Assembly: GCA_963696385.1 (NCBI GenBank)
Contig: CAVOKF010000001.1
Span: 256,001 to 320,000 of the forward strand
DNA: 64,000 nucleotides
Direction: 5' to 3'
Source: an uncultured delta proteobacterium
GTDB taxonomy: Bacteria > Myxococcota_A > Polyangia > Polyangiales > Polyangiaceae
Shown here: positions 1-10,630 of the stretch, one piece after another
How the letters are laid out: every line of letters starts with the position of its first letter
Numbering within the stretch: position 1 is the stretch's first letter
Notes under the pieces: model-generated
The model's database searches: none
What the model saw: the letters and a program-made list of their open reading frames with translations, nothing else
What the model was told of the DNA's origin: nothing
Program-made: the position numbers and the translations under genes

Positions 1-54
1 GCTTCGCCGCGGCTGGTTGTTCGCGGCGCGATTTTCGACTTGCAGGCGCAATCG

Positions 55-600
55 TCAAACCAAGGCCACGGTGCTCGCGTGCGGCCCGGTTTCTCCCGTG
101 TCTTCGACGAAACGCACCCGGTCGCCGACCTTGAGACGGTCGAATGCCGCGTCGAGGACGCTATTTCGGTGGAAATACAGCTCGTCGCCTTCCGCGGTCC
201 CGAGAAAGCCGAAGCCCTCGTAGGGGAACAGCTTGGTCACGTGACCGTGGCGCGACCGCTCGTGGGCCTTCACGTCGCCGCGCCGGCGCCGCACGAAGTC
301 TTGCAGCCGTCGATCGATGTCGTCGAAGGCCGAGTCGACGGCCGCGTAGAGATCCTCGTAACTCTTCGCGTCGTCCGGTGATCGCACCGCGACGACTTCT
401 CCGCCGGGTAGCGTCACGTCGATGCGAACGCGATAGTGTTCGCCGTGCCGAGCATGATGATGAGGCATCTCGAGCGCCACCCGGCAGGACGTGAGCCGGT
501 CGGCCAGCAACTCGAGCTTGGCCGCGCGCGTCCGCACGTAGTGCTCCACCGCGTCCGAGTGCGGCACCCCATGGAACGTGATCTGGAGGGGGATCTGCAT
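55..600 (-). CDS. HPF/RaiA ribosome hibernation factor fused to a C-terminal cold-shock domain
   Basis: N-term MQIPLQITFHGVPHSDAVEHYV...YEDLYAAVDSAFD (HPF/RaiA); C-term GHVTKLFPYEGFGFL..ELYFHRNSV...GPHASTV (CSD RNP motifs). Confidence 0.9.
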   Translation of the reverse strand: MQIPLQITFHGVPHSDAVEHYVRTRAAKLELLADRLTSCRVALEMPHHHARHGEHYRVRIDVTLPGGEVVAVRSPDDAKSYEDLYAAVDSAFDDIDRRLQDFVRRRRGDVKAHERSRHGHVTKLFPYEGFGFLGTAEGDELYFHRNSVLDAAFDRLKVGDRVRFVEDTGETGPHASTVALV

Positions 601-833
601 GACTCTCGCATGCGTAAGCAAGTCTCACGCCTTGCCGTGTCCGGGCCTATCCAAAGCGTCGTGGGATCTTCGCGGACGCAAGCTTTGCGGCCATCCGCAA
701 GACACGAGTCGATCCGCGCGACGCGATCCCGCGCGAAGCCGACCTGTGCAGGACGACCGCGGCGTTTCCCGGTCCGCGTTGGGGTGTGCATTCGCGGGTA
801 GGTGGTCGTCACGAAGGCACGATCGATCGGCTG

Positions 834-849
834 TGGAACGATCGTTGCT
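834..849 (+). promoter_or_regulatory. sigma54-type -24/-12 promoter candidate
   Basis: TGGAACGATCGTTGCT vs consensus TGGCACG-N4-TTGCW, upstream of the gene at 920. Confidence 0.45.
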
Positions 850-919
850 GTACGCCCGATCCCGTCGCTGTCACCGAACCAGGAGGCGCCGTCGTGAATC
901 GGAAAGCCGCGTGGGTCCT

Positions 920-2150
920 ATGCGTCGCATGATGGAGAAGGAGCCTGTCCGGAGTGCGCGCTCGCAGATCTCCGCGGCACTCATGCTGAGCTTTGCCGAG
1001 CGGACCGGGCTGACGGCCTCGAGCGGCGGTCGTCGCTATTTACTGGACGGACGCCTTTGCGGTCTGCATGTTCCTGGGGCTTGCTCGTGCCACGCGCGAC
1101 AAGCGCTACGCAGACCTTGCTCTCCGGTTGGTTGACCGCGTGCATCACGGCCTGGGACGCCACAGAGCCGATGATGCGCGCAGGGGCTGGATCAGCGGGC
1201 TCGGCGAGCCGGAAGGCAGCGCCCATCCTACGCTCGGTGGCTTGCGCATCGGCAAGGGCTTCCCGGAACGGGCGCCCGGACAACCGTTCGATGAATCGGC
1301 CGAATGGGACCGCGATGGGCAATATTACCATTACCTGACGAAGTGGATGCACGCCCTTGACCAGACGAGCCGCTTTTTCGCGGCACCCAAGTTCAATGTC
1401 TGGGCGTGCGAACTCGCCCAAACCGCCCACGCCGCGTTCGTGTACGGCGGCCCGGGCGAGGGCCGTCGCATGTACTGGAAGATGAGCATCGACCTCAAGC
1501 GTCCGCTCGTGCCGTCCATGGGTCAGCACGATCCGCTCGACGGCTACCTCACCTGCCTGCAGCTCGAGACCACCGCTGCGGCGTTACGCGCCGGCGATTC
1601 GCCGGACCTGCGTGGCGAGGTCTCCGACTTCGCCCGCATGTGCGTCGGTCGCGATCTGGCGACGACCGACCCGCTCGGCATCGGCGGGCTCCTCGCGGAT
1701 GCGTACCGGGCCGAACAGATCCGTCCGGCAGGGATGCTTCCGCACGCCGCGCGGGTCGACGATTGGCTGCGCGCGGCGGTCGTCGGGCTCGAACGGCGCC
1801 GTTGGCGGAGCGAGCTCCAAGAGACCGCCGAGAACCGCCTCGCGTTCCGCGAGCTCGGTCTCGCCATCGGTCTGCAAGCCGCGGCCGGTCTGCGCGGCGG
1901 CGCCGGAGGCGGCGATCCACGCAGCAGCTTGCTCGAGGCTCTGCGGCGTTTCGAGTGGCTTCGCCCGGAGATTGAGGCTTTTTGGCTCGATCCCCGTCAT
2001 CAAACGGTCCGGTCGTGGACCGAGCATCGCGACATCAACGAGGTGATGCTTGCAACGAGCCTGATGCCGGAAGGCTTCCTGCGGCTCGACCCGGTCCACG
2101 ATCGTGGGTCTGAATCTGTGCCCGATGCTGAGCTCGCCCAACTCCGCTGA
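920..2150 (+). CDS. conserved hypothetical protein (RRYLWTDAFAV family), split by a +1 indel at ~1043
   Basis: Frame 1 ...FAERTGL..RRYL joins frame 2 WTDAFAVCMFLGL; GQYYHYLTKWMHAL, SMGQHDPLDG, AFRELGL, EHRDINEVMLATSL. Confidence 0.75.
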
Positions 2151-2152
2151 TT

Positions 2153-2195
2153 CGGGGTCGAGGTCGGGGGTAGGTCGAGGTCGGGGTCGGGGTCG
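2153..2195 (+). repeat. degenerate hexamer tandem repeat (GRGGTC)n, G-rich
   Basis: cggggtcgaggtcgggggtaggtcgaggtcggggtcggggtcg between convergent genes. Confidence 0.75.
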
Positions 2196-2230
2196 CTACC
2201 GCGGATCCCGCGCCTTGGACGGGAGCGCCG

Positions 2231-3187
2231 TCAGGGCTGCAGTGCCTTCTCGATCCGATCCATCACCGGCGCCGTGAGTGCGTCGACGAAGTCGAGCGCA
2301 CGCATGTTTTCCACGACCTGACTTTTTTTGCTGGCACCGGTAATGACGGTCGAAACGTGTGGATTCTTCAGGCACCAGGCAATGGCCAGTTGCGCTGTGG
2401 AGCAACCGAGATCTTTCGCGATGGCGGCGAGAGCCCGCACGACGTCGATGCGTTTCGGCTCGAGGACATGCTCTTTCAGCCAGCCCATATTGGGCAGGTC
2501 GAGTCGGGTTCCCTTCGGAATGCCGTCGTTGTACTTTCCGCTCAGAACGCCAGACGCGAGCGGGCTCCACGTGGTCGTTCCGGTTCCGATTTTTTCGTAG
2601 ATCGGACGATACTCCTGCTCGACACGCTCGCGCACGAAGAGGTTGTATTGGGGCTGCTCCATGACAGGAGGCGTCAGCCCGTTGCTGCTGGCGAATTGAT
2701 GCGCGCGCAGTATCTCGTCGGCGCTCCACTCGCTCGTTCCCCAGTAGAAGACCTTGCCTTGGCGAACCAGAATGTCCCACGCTCGCACGGTTTCCTCGAT
2801 CGGCGTCTCGGGGTCGGGGCGGTGGCAAAACGCGAGGTCGACGTAATCGAGCTTTAGGCGCTTCAAGGCGCCGTGCAAGCCTTCGATGATGTGCTTGTGG
2901 CTCAAGCCCGTCTCGTTGGGGCGCTCGCCGCCCCAAAAAATTTTCGTCGAAACGACGAAGGTTTCGCGCCGCCAACCCACCTGTCGGAGCACGCGGCCCA
3001 TGGTCTCTTCGGCACGTCCCGCGCCATAGGCCTCCGCATTGTCGAAGAAGTTGACGCCGGCCTCGTAGGCCGCCGTCATGCACTCGAGCGCCGTCTCGTC
3101 GCCCACTTGGGCGCCGTACGTGACCCACGCGCCGAGCGAGAGCTCACTGAGTTTGAGGCCTGACCGACCGAGACGGCGATAACGCAT
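2231..3187 (-). CDS. aldo/keto reductase (Kv-beta-like subfamily)
   Basis: [50 protein letters not shown]. Confidence 0.93.
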   Translation of the reverse strand: MRYRRLGRSGLKLSELSLGAWVTYGAQVGDETALECMTAAYEAGVNFFDNAEAYGAGRAEETMGRVLRQVGWRRETFVVSTKIFWGGERPNETGLSHKHIIEGLHGALKRLKLDYVDLAFCHRPDPETPIEETVRAWDILVRQGKVFYWGTSEWSADEILRAHQFASSNGLTPPVMEQPQYNLFVRERVEQEYRPIYEKIGTGTTTWSPLASGVLSGKYNDGIPKGTRLDLPNMGWLKEHVLEPKRIDVVRALAAIAKDLGCSTAQLAIAWCLKNPHVSTVITGASKKSQVVENMRALDFVDALTAPVMDRIEKALQP

Positions 3188-3309
3188 GAATCTGTCCTTC
3201 CGAGTGGCGTCCGAACGCCCCGGCCGGCACTATGCCACGGCTCGAGCCGAGGACGGCCGTCTTGGGTGCCCAAACCGCGGTCTCACCCGCGGTCCGAGCG
3301 CCGGCGGGG

Positions 3310-4305
3310 CTAGCGCGCCTCGCCCGGCCGCGGATCGTCGGACGCACCCGTCGGTGCGGTGGCGCGGAGCAGGCGATCGGCCAGAACGCGCAGTCGGCCG
3401 AGCAGCTCGGGGGGCTCGCGCACCTCGAAATCGACGCCGAGCGAGGCGATCCACGCGGCGAGCCAGTCGAGCGACGTCGCGCCGGTGTGAAGCTCGCATG
3501 TGGAGTCGTCGACCGGCTCGAGCCGGCCCGCCCAAGGCGGCACGCGCGCGGTCACGGCATCGACGGGGGCGCGGAGCAGCACGCGCGCCCGAAGGGGCTG
3601 CGTGACCGCCGAGACCGACCGCGACACGTACGCGGCGAGGTCGCGGTCGGGAGGATCGCGCGCGACGAAGCGCATCCCCGTCGTGACCTTCGGCGCGATG
3701 CGGTCGACGCGGAAGGTACGCCAGCTCGCGCGCGTGACGTCCCAGCCGACGAGGTACCAGCGCCGGCCGGTGTGAACGAGGCCGCTCGGTTCGACGGTTC
3801 GGCGGCTCGCCGTGCCGTCGTGGCCCCGGTAGTCGAACCGGATCTGCTCATGGTCGCCGCAGGCGCCGGCGATGACCGACAGCGCCACGGGATCCACGGT
3901 CGGACCGGCGTTCGCGAATGGGACGATGAACGTGTGCAGGGCCGCGACTCGCCGGCGCAGTCGCGAAGGCAGGACCTGTTCGAGCTTCGTGAGCGCGCGC
4001 AGCGCGGCTTCCTCCATGCCGGCCACCGTTCCGCCTGCGGCCGTCCTCAGGCCAACCGAGACGGCGAGGGCCTCGTCGTCGTCGAGCAGAAGCGGCGGAA
4101 GCGCCGCGCCGGCCCCCAGCCGGTACCCGCCGGCCATCCCCGAGGTCGAATGCACCGGGTAGCCAAGGCTGCGCAGCCGGTCGACGTCGCGCCGCAGCGT
4201 TCGACCGGTGACCTCGAGCCGATCGGCGAGGTCGGCCCCCGACCAGTGCCGGCGCGCCTGGAGCAGCGACAAGAGGCTCAAGAGGCGCGCGGCGGTTTGC
4301 AACAT
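3310..4305 (-). CDS. YafY-family HTH/WYL-domain transcriptional regulator
   Basis: MLQTAARLLSLLSLLQ..RTLRRDVDRLRSLGYPV; WYLVGWD...WRTFRVDRI. Confidence 0.93.
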   Translation of the reverse strand: MLQTAARLLSLLSLLQARRHWSGADLADRLEVTGRTLRRDVDRLRSLGYPVHSTSGMAGGYRLGAGAALPPLLLDDDEALAVSVGLRTAAGGTVAGMEEAALRALTKLEQVLPSRLRRRVAALHTFIVPFANAGPTVDPVALSVIAGACGDHEQIRFDYRGHDGTASRRTVEPSGLVHTGRRWYLVGWDVTRASWRTFRVDRIAPKVTTGMRFVARDPPDRDLAAYVSRSVSAVTQPLRARVLLRAPVDAVTARVPPWAGRLEPVDDSTCELHTGATSLDWLAAWIASLGVDFEVREPPELLGRLRVLADRLLRATAPTGASDDPRPGEAR

Positions 4306-4431
4306 CGACGAGGGCGAGATTGTGCCATCAGGTTGGGGAACGATCCTGTCCTCGACGTGTCCTAGGGTCTCGGACAGCTCGCGCACGGAGCCGATGGGGC
4401 CGGCTCACCGCACCGAAAGGAGCTTTTTGCC

Positions 4432-4695
4432 ATGTCCATCGTGTTCTACAAGGCGTCGACGAGGTCGAGCGCATCGCCCGTGTCGTGGGCCCTCGCCGAG
4501 GTCGGCGTGCCGCACGAGAGGGTCACCTTCGATCTCGCCGCCCAGGAGCAGAAGAAGCCGGAGTTTCTCAAGCTGAATCCGAACGGCAAGGTGCCGCCGC
4601 TGCTCGTCGACGGCACCCCCATGTTCGAGGGGCGCCACGTCTCGGAGTGGGTCGCACGCTGCCAGTCGCGCGCCGCGGCGCGCGACCCGGGGTGA
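4432..4695 (+). pseudogene. glutathione S-transferase with a large in-frame internal deletion
   Basis: GST N-domain (EFLKLNPNGKVPPLLVDGTPMFE) is followed directly by a GST C-terminal-like helix (HVSEWVARCQSR); only 87 aa; RBS AAGGAG upstream. Confidence 0.7.
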
Positions 4696-4720
4696 ACGGG
4701 TGGCAGCGTCGAACTCCTCG

Positions 4721-4954
4721 ATGAGCACCGGGTGGCGCGCCGCGCAAACGGGCGCGCGCACCTTGCGCTGCGGTCGGTGCCGGCGTGAATATGCCGAGGC
4801 CGTGTGGGGCAGCCTCGAACTCGTCGAGCGGCTCGTCGCCGCGCGCATCCGTGCGATGGTGACGTCGTGGCCCGACGACGTCGCGATCGAGATCCGACGG
4901 TGTCGCGCCTGCCAAGGGGTCATCGCGCGAAAGTCCGCCGGCGCGTGTTCGTGA
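4721..4954 (+). CDS. small CxxC...CxxC putative Zn-binding protein
   Basis: LRCGRCRREY...IEIRRCRACQGVIARK. Confidence 0.55.
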   Translation: MSTGWRAAQTGARTLRCGRCRREYAEAVWGSLELVERLVAARIRAMVTSWPDDVAIEIRRCRACQGVIARKSAGACS

Positions 4955-5050
4955 GGCGGCATTTGTCCTGACCTCTTGTCTGCGAGAAAAGACGTTGTTC
5001 CGACACGGGGGCAAGCAGTACGCTTGCTGGCGAGAGGGAGTGACTCGATC

Positions 5051-6064
5051 ATGGCATCTCGCGTCCGAGGGTGGTGGGCGGGCGGCGTTCTGCTGCCTCT
5101 AGCCACGATCACCGGGTGCGGCGGTGCAGTGACCGGCGACGGCCCGCTCCTCCGCTCCGAGGCGAGCTCTTCAAGCCGAACCAGCTCGGGTTCGAGCATC
5201 TCGAATGGCGGCGAGGAAGGCCCAATTTTATTGGGCTCCTTGGACGCGGGCATCGCGAGCGCGGCGATCGGCGCGTGCTCCGCCGCATCCCAGCTCGTCT
5301 ACGTGCTCTCGACCGACGGCGAAATCTACAGCTTCGATCCACCCACCAAAGTGTTCACGGATGTCGCCACGCTGCAGTGCCCGAGTGGCAACGCCGTACC
5401 GAATTCGATGGCCGTCGACCGGCAGGGAAATGCCTGGGTGAACTACGTCTACAACGACGCTCAGGGCGAAACCGTGGGCGGGGCCGTCTTCAAAGTCGCC
5501 ATCGCAACCGGAAATTGCGAGGCGACGAATATCGTGCTTCCGGCGGGCTGGTATCACATCGGAATGGGCTTTTCGACGGCCTCTGCCACCGACTCCACCG
5601 ACACGCTCTACGTCGCGGGCGATAACCTGACGGGCACGTGCTCGGACGCGGTCGGATCCTCGCTCGGCTTGGGCAGCATCGACACGATCGCCGGGACGCT
5701 GTCGCCCCTGGGTTCCTTCTCGGGCGGGCTTCTCGGGCAGGGCGCCGAGCTCACGGGGACCGGAGACGGCAGGCTCTTCGGCTTCTTCGACCTGTCCGTC
5801 GCCGAAGTGGCGCAGATCGACAAGGCAAGCGGAGCGACGTCGGCCCCCATTTCGATGACCGGGGTGCCGTGCCCGTGGGACTTCGCGTTCTCGTTCTGGG
5901 GTGGCGATTTCTACCTCTACACGTCCCGTGAGAACTCCAATTCGAGCGTCACGCACTACACGAGCGCAGACGGCGGAATCGACACGAACTACGTGCCCGA
6001 CACGGGGTTTTCGATCGTCGGGGCCGGGGTCTCGACGTGCGCGCCGACGGCCCAGCCCCGTTGA
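5051..6064 (+). CDS. myxobacterial secreted lipoprotein (beta-rich)
   Basis: Lipobox ITGC; SMAVDR, ELTGTGDGRLFGFF, FAFSFWGGDFYLYT, IVGAGVSTCAP. Confidence 0.8.
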   Translation: MASRVRGWWAGGVLLPLATITGCGGAVTGDGPLLRSEASSSSRTSSGSSISNGGEEGPILLGSLDAGIASAAIGACSAASQLVYVLSTDGEIYSFDPPTKVFTDVATLQCPSGNAVPNSMAVDRQGNAWVNYVYNDAQGETVGGAVFKVAIATGNCEATNIVLPAGWYHIGMGFSTASATDSTDTLYVAGDNLTGTCSDAVGSSLGLGSIDTIAGTLSPLGSFSGGLLGQGAELTGTGDGRLFGFFDLSVAEVAQIDKASGATSAPISMTGVPCPWDFAFSFWGGDFYLYTSRENSNSSVTHYTSADGGIDTNYVPDTGFSIVGAGVSTCAPTAQPR

Positions 6065-6219
6065 CAGGACCATCCCGACGGTCACGCGACAATCGCGGAT
6101 CATGCCAACGGTCCAGTGAGCCATACGCGGCAATAGCTGCGCCGAGGACGGCCCCGCATGCCACCCGCGCTTTTCCGCGACGTCAACCGCTCATCCCCGT
6201 CTCTGGCGTTGGATTCCGT

Positions 6220-7331
6220 TCAGAGGGTCCGCTTCATCGTCATCGTCGACAAGAACAGCATCGCGCCCGTGAACATGGCGAGAAACGCCACGTGCTGGCT
6301 TGCGGCGGAGATGTCACCGCCGCGGAAGAGAATCGCTTTGAGCGCCGCAACGGCGTGCGTCTCCGGGTCGACCTGGGCGAAGGTGCGTAGCCACCCGGGA
6401 AAGCTCGCGAGAGGGTACAGGGCTCCGCTCGGGAAAAAGAGAATGACGCTCAAGAACCCGTTGAGCACTCCTGCGATGCGCGGGTGTCCGGCCCTTCCCA
6501 TGATCATCATGGTCATCGCCAGAAGGCCCAGGCCGGTCAGGAGCATGACGCCGAAGAGCGCGGCGTAGCCCGCGGGTCCGCCGTGCACGCGCGCACCGGT
6601 CAAGAGGAATCCGATGACGAGCACCAGGCTGCTCGAGGCGAACGTCACGATCGTGCCCGACAGGAGAATCCCGAGGTTGATGTCGAGCTTGCGAAGAGGG
6701 GTCGACAGGAAACTTTCGTGAACGCCCATGAAGCGGTCCATGATCAAGTTGAAGGCGCCGCTCAACATGCTGCCCATGAAGAGCGACATCACGACGACCC
6801 CCGGGATGAGGGAGGTATCGTAGTCGACGCGAGGGTAGATCTCCTCGGGACGGATCTCGGCCGGCCCGAGGTGTTGCTCGAAGCGGACCATCGGCCGGTC
6901 GAGGGCGGGAAGTGCTGCCTGCACCGCGGCCTCGATCGCGGTGGCCGCGATGGCGTCGACGTTGTCCACGTACAGGCCGGCCGAGCCGGCGATCCCGCGA
7001 GAGAGATCGCGCGAGAACCTCGCCGGCACGATGAGCAGTCCGGAGATCCGGCCCTCGTGCAGCATGGCGAAGCCCTTCTCGGGATTGTCGAGAGGCACCA
7101 GCGTGACGGTGCCGGGTCCGTGCTCGACGGCTTGCAACGCTCCGAGGAGCTCTCTCGCCTGAGGACCCTGGTCATCGTTGACCAGGCCCAGGCGCAGCCC
7201 GGTCAGCGGGCCGTTGAGGGAATTGCCTAAAATGAGCAGGTAGACCACCGGGAGCACCACCGACGACAGGAGGGCCGCCGGGTTGCGGAAGATGCGCAAG
7301 AGGTCGCGCTCCATCACCGCCAGGATCCGCC

Positions 7332-7335
<4 letters not shown>
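6220..7335 (-). CDS. ABC-2 type transporter permease
   Basis: Multiple TM segments, FFPSGALYPLASFPGWL; GTG start overlaps the ATPase stop (GTGA). Confidence 0.9.
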
Positions 7336-8330
<995 letters not shown>

Positions 8331-8342
8331 AGTAAGAGGCCT

Positions 8343-9368
8343 TCAGCGCTCGGCTCGATTCTCGATTTTGACGGAAGAGGCGGATAGCGAGGCCATCGAG
8401 ACTTCTGCCGTCATTCCGGGCCGGAGCGAGCGAGCGGGCTCGTCGATCGCGACGCGCACGAGAAACGTGCGGATGTCCGGCCGGCCCCGCTTGACGTCGC
8501 GGTTGACCGCGAAGTCGCCCTCGGCACCGATATCGATCACGTGGCCGCGGTAAACTTTCGTTGGTTCGGCCAGCACGCGCACGTCGGCGGTGTGTCCGAT
8601 CTGCAAATTGTCGAGCTGGGTCTCCTCGATGTCGAGACGAACCCAAAGCTGCGAAAGGTCCTCGACCGTCACGACGGGGGTTCCCGGCGCGGCCCACTCG
8701 CCCGGCTGGAGGTTACGCTGAACGACCAGACCGTCAAACGGGCAGAGCACCTGAGCCTCGGCAAGCTGCACCTTGGCGACTTCGAGCGCCGCTTCGGCGG
8801 TATTGACGGCGGCTCGCGCGTCCGCGACCGCCGCCTCCGAAGCGGAAACTCGACCCGCCACGGCCGCTCGGGTGGCGGTGAGCGATTCCAGATGAGCCTT
8901 TGCCTCCAGCATACGGGCTCTCGCGCCGATGAGGTCGGCGTCCGCCTCGGAGCCGCTCTCGACGAGACGCTTCGTGCGGTTGTAGTTGTACTCCGCCTCG
9001 TCGAGCGTCGCCTGGGTCTGGGCGATGTCGGCACCGGCTCCTTTCACCGTCGGGAGCGTCGCTCTCAGATTCGCTTCCGCCTCTTTGAGCGCCTCCCCCG
9101 CTTGATCCAGGTTCGCCTGCGCCTGTCCCACGTTGGCCTGCCGCTCTCGCGCGTCGAGTTGCGCGAGAAGCTGCCCTTTCTTGACGACGTCGCCTTCTCG
9201 GATGGGGATCGCGTCGACGCGACCCGCCACCTCGGACGCCACGTCCGCTACGGGGGCATCGAGAAAACCAGCATACGGGAGCGCGGAGGTCGGCTTGCAG
9301 GCGACGACCAGCAGCATCAGCGGCAGCAGCAGCAGCAGCAGCAGCGCGCGTATACCTCGAATTCGCAA
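8343..9368 (-). CDS. HlyD-family periplasmic adaptor (membrane fusion protein), lipoprotein
   Basis: VASEVAGRV..IPIREGDVVKKGQLLAQLD, CPFDGLV, LRPGMTAEV; lipobox VVAC. Confidence 0.9.
   Translation of the reverse strand: MRIRGIRALLLLLLLPLMLLVVACKPTSALPYAGFLDAPVADVASEVAGRVDAIPIREGDVVKKGQLLAQLDARERQANVGQAQANLDQAGEALKEAEANLRATLPTVKGAGADIAQTQATLDEAEYNYNRTKRLVESGSEADADLIGARARMLEAKAHLESLTATRAAVAGRVSASEAAVADARAAVNTAEAALEVAKVQLAEAQVLCPFDGLVVQRNLQPGEWAAPGTPVVTVEDLSQLWVRLDIEETQLDNLQIGHTADVRVLAEPTKVYRGHVIDIGAEGDFAVNRDVKRGRPDIRTFLVRVAIDEPARSLRPGMTAEVSMASLSASSVKIENRAER
9325..9345 (+). repeat. (CAG)7 trinucleotide repeat encoding poly-Leu in the HlyD signal peptide
   Basis: cagcagcagcagcagcagcag directly visible. 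Confidence 0.8.
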
Positions 9369-9707
9369 AGGAGGTCCTCCGGGTCACGAAAAGGCAGCCG
9401 AGCGCGTTGCAGGTTGCGCGGATCGGCCGTGGCGCTCGGGAATTGCGCCGAAATTTGCGCTTGCGTCAAGGGCCGAGACGCGCGCGCCTACGGTTGACCT
9501 AGACCAATGCCCCATGGGCCCTCGGCCTCGAAATCCGTCGCGTAGGCTTGGGCGAGCGCCTGACCCACTCTGGAGTCGCGAACACGTTGGCGCTGCCGCA
9601 TGGGCTTGAAGGGTCGGTCTGCGTCGTGCACCGGCCCACGTCCTCGCCCTTAAGCCCGTCCTGAGTCCTTCCGTACCGAAATCAGGGTATCGACCTTGGG
9701 AGGAACA

Positions 9708-10403
9708 ATGGGGGGCGGCATCAGGGCACGGGTAAAGGACGGCGAGCCGGGTACGAGGCCCAAGGCGCTGAAAGCGACCGGCCGACACCCGACGGCGCGA
9801 CAGGATTTGACCCGTCTTCTCGCACACGATCTCAAGACCCCCCTCGCCGCGATCGCGATGAATCTGGACTTCGCGCTCTCCGAGATCGATGGCGAAAGCC
9901 GGGATGGCTTGAAAAGCGCGTTGGAGGACTGCCGGTACGCCAATGCATGCGCCATTCGCATCGTGTCGGATATGGCGGACGTCGTCCGCTTGGCGACCGG
10001 GGATTATCGTCCCACGCTTTCCGAGGTGGATCCGTTGGACCTTCTCGGCGGCGTCATGCGTCGTGCTGCCGACGATGCGAACGCCCGTGGCGTTCGGATC
10101 GAGTGGTCGGCCGAAGGCGGCATCATCGCTGCGGACGCCGATTTGCTGGCTCGCGCGCTCGACCGTCTCGTCGAGCGCGCCCTTCGTCACGCCCGCGGCG
10201 GCACCGTCGTGACGCTGGAGTATGCCCGTGGGGCGATTGTCATTCGCGTCGACTCGGCGTCCAGCAGCGTACCCGACGCAAGCGCCTGCGCGCTCGCCAT
10301 TCGCTTCGCCGAAGCCGCCCTCAACGCACAAGGCGGCGCCTTTCAAGACGAATCCGACGGGCTCGGGCGTCTCACCTATCGGGTGACGCCGGCCATGGCT
10401 TGA
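9708..10403 (+). CDS. sensorless HisKA protein with a degenerate HATPase domain (pseudo-histidine kinase)
   Basis: H-box AHDLKTPL intact; N-box reads LDRLVERALRH; no DxGxG or GxGLGL; RBS GGAGGA. Confidence 0.75.
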   Translation: MGGGIRARVKDGEPGTRPKALKATGRHPTARQDLTRLLAHDLKTPLAAIAMNLDFALSEIDGESRDGLKSALEDCRYANACAIRIVSDMADVVRLATGDYRPTLSEVDPLDLLGGVMRRAADDANARGVRIEWSAEGGIIAADADLLARALDRLVERALRHARGGTVVTLEYARGAIVIRVDSASSSVPDASACALAIRFAEAALNAQGGAFQDESDGLGRLTYRVTPAMA

Positions 10404-10630
10404 TCGCCGCGGCCCGCGCCGCGCGCCAAGCCAAGCCGGCGCTATAGCGAGTTCGGCGCGCAGTCGGACCGCTGGCACGCGCGAACGCCGCGCGCTAGGA
10501 GCCGTAAGCTTGTGCCCGGCTTTGGTGGGCCTTTCCGCCCGTTGCGGCACCGTCCGAGACGGGACCTATCGCCGTTTGCGAGCTGGCGCGGCATGCTATC
10601 GATGGGGTCTTGGTCTCCCGAGGCACCCCC

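Noticed and set aside
3310..4305. WYL protein as a marker of a defence island
   Set aside because: It is a YafY-type regulator flanked by a GST and an AKR. No defence genes are adjacent.
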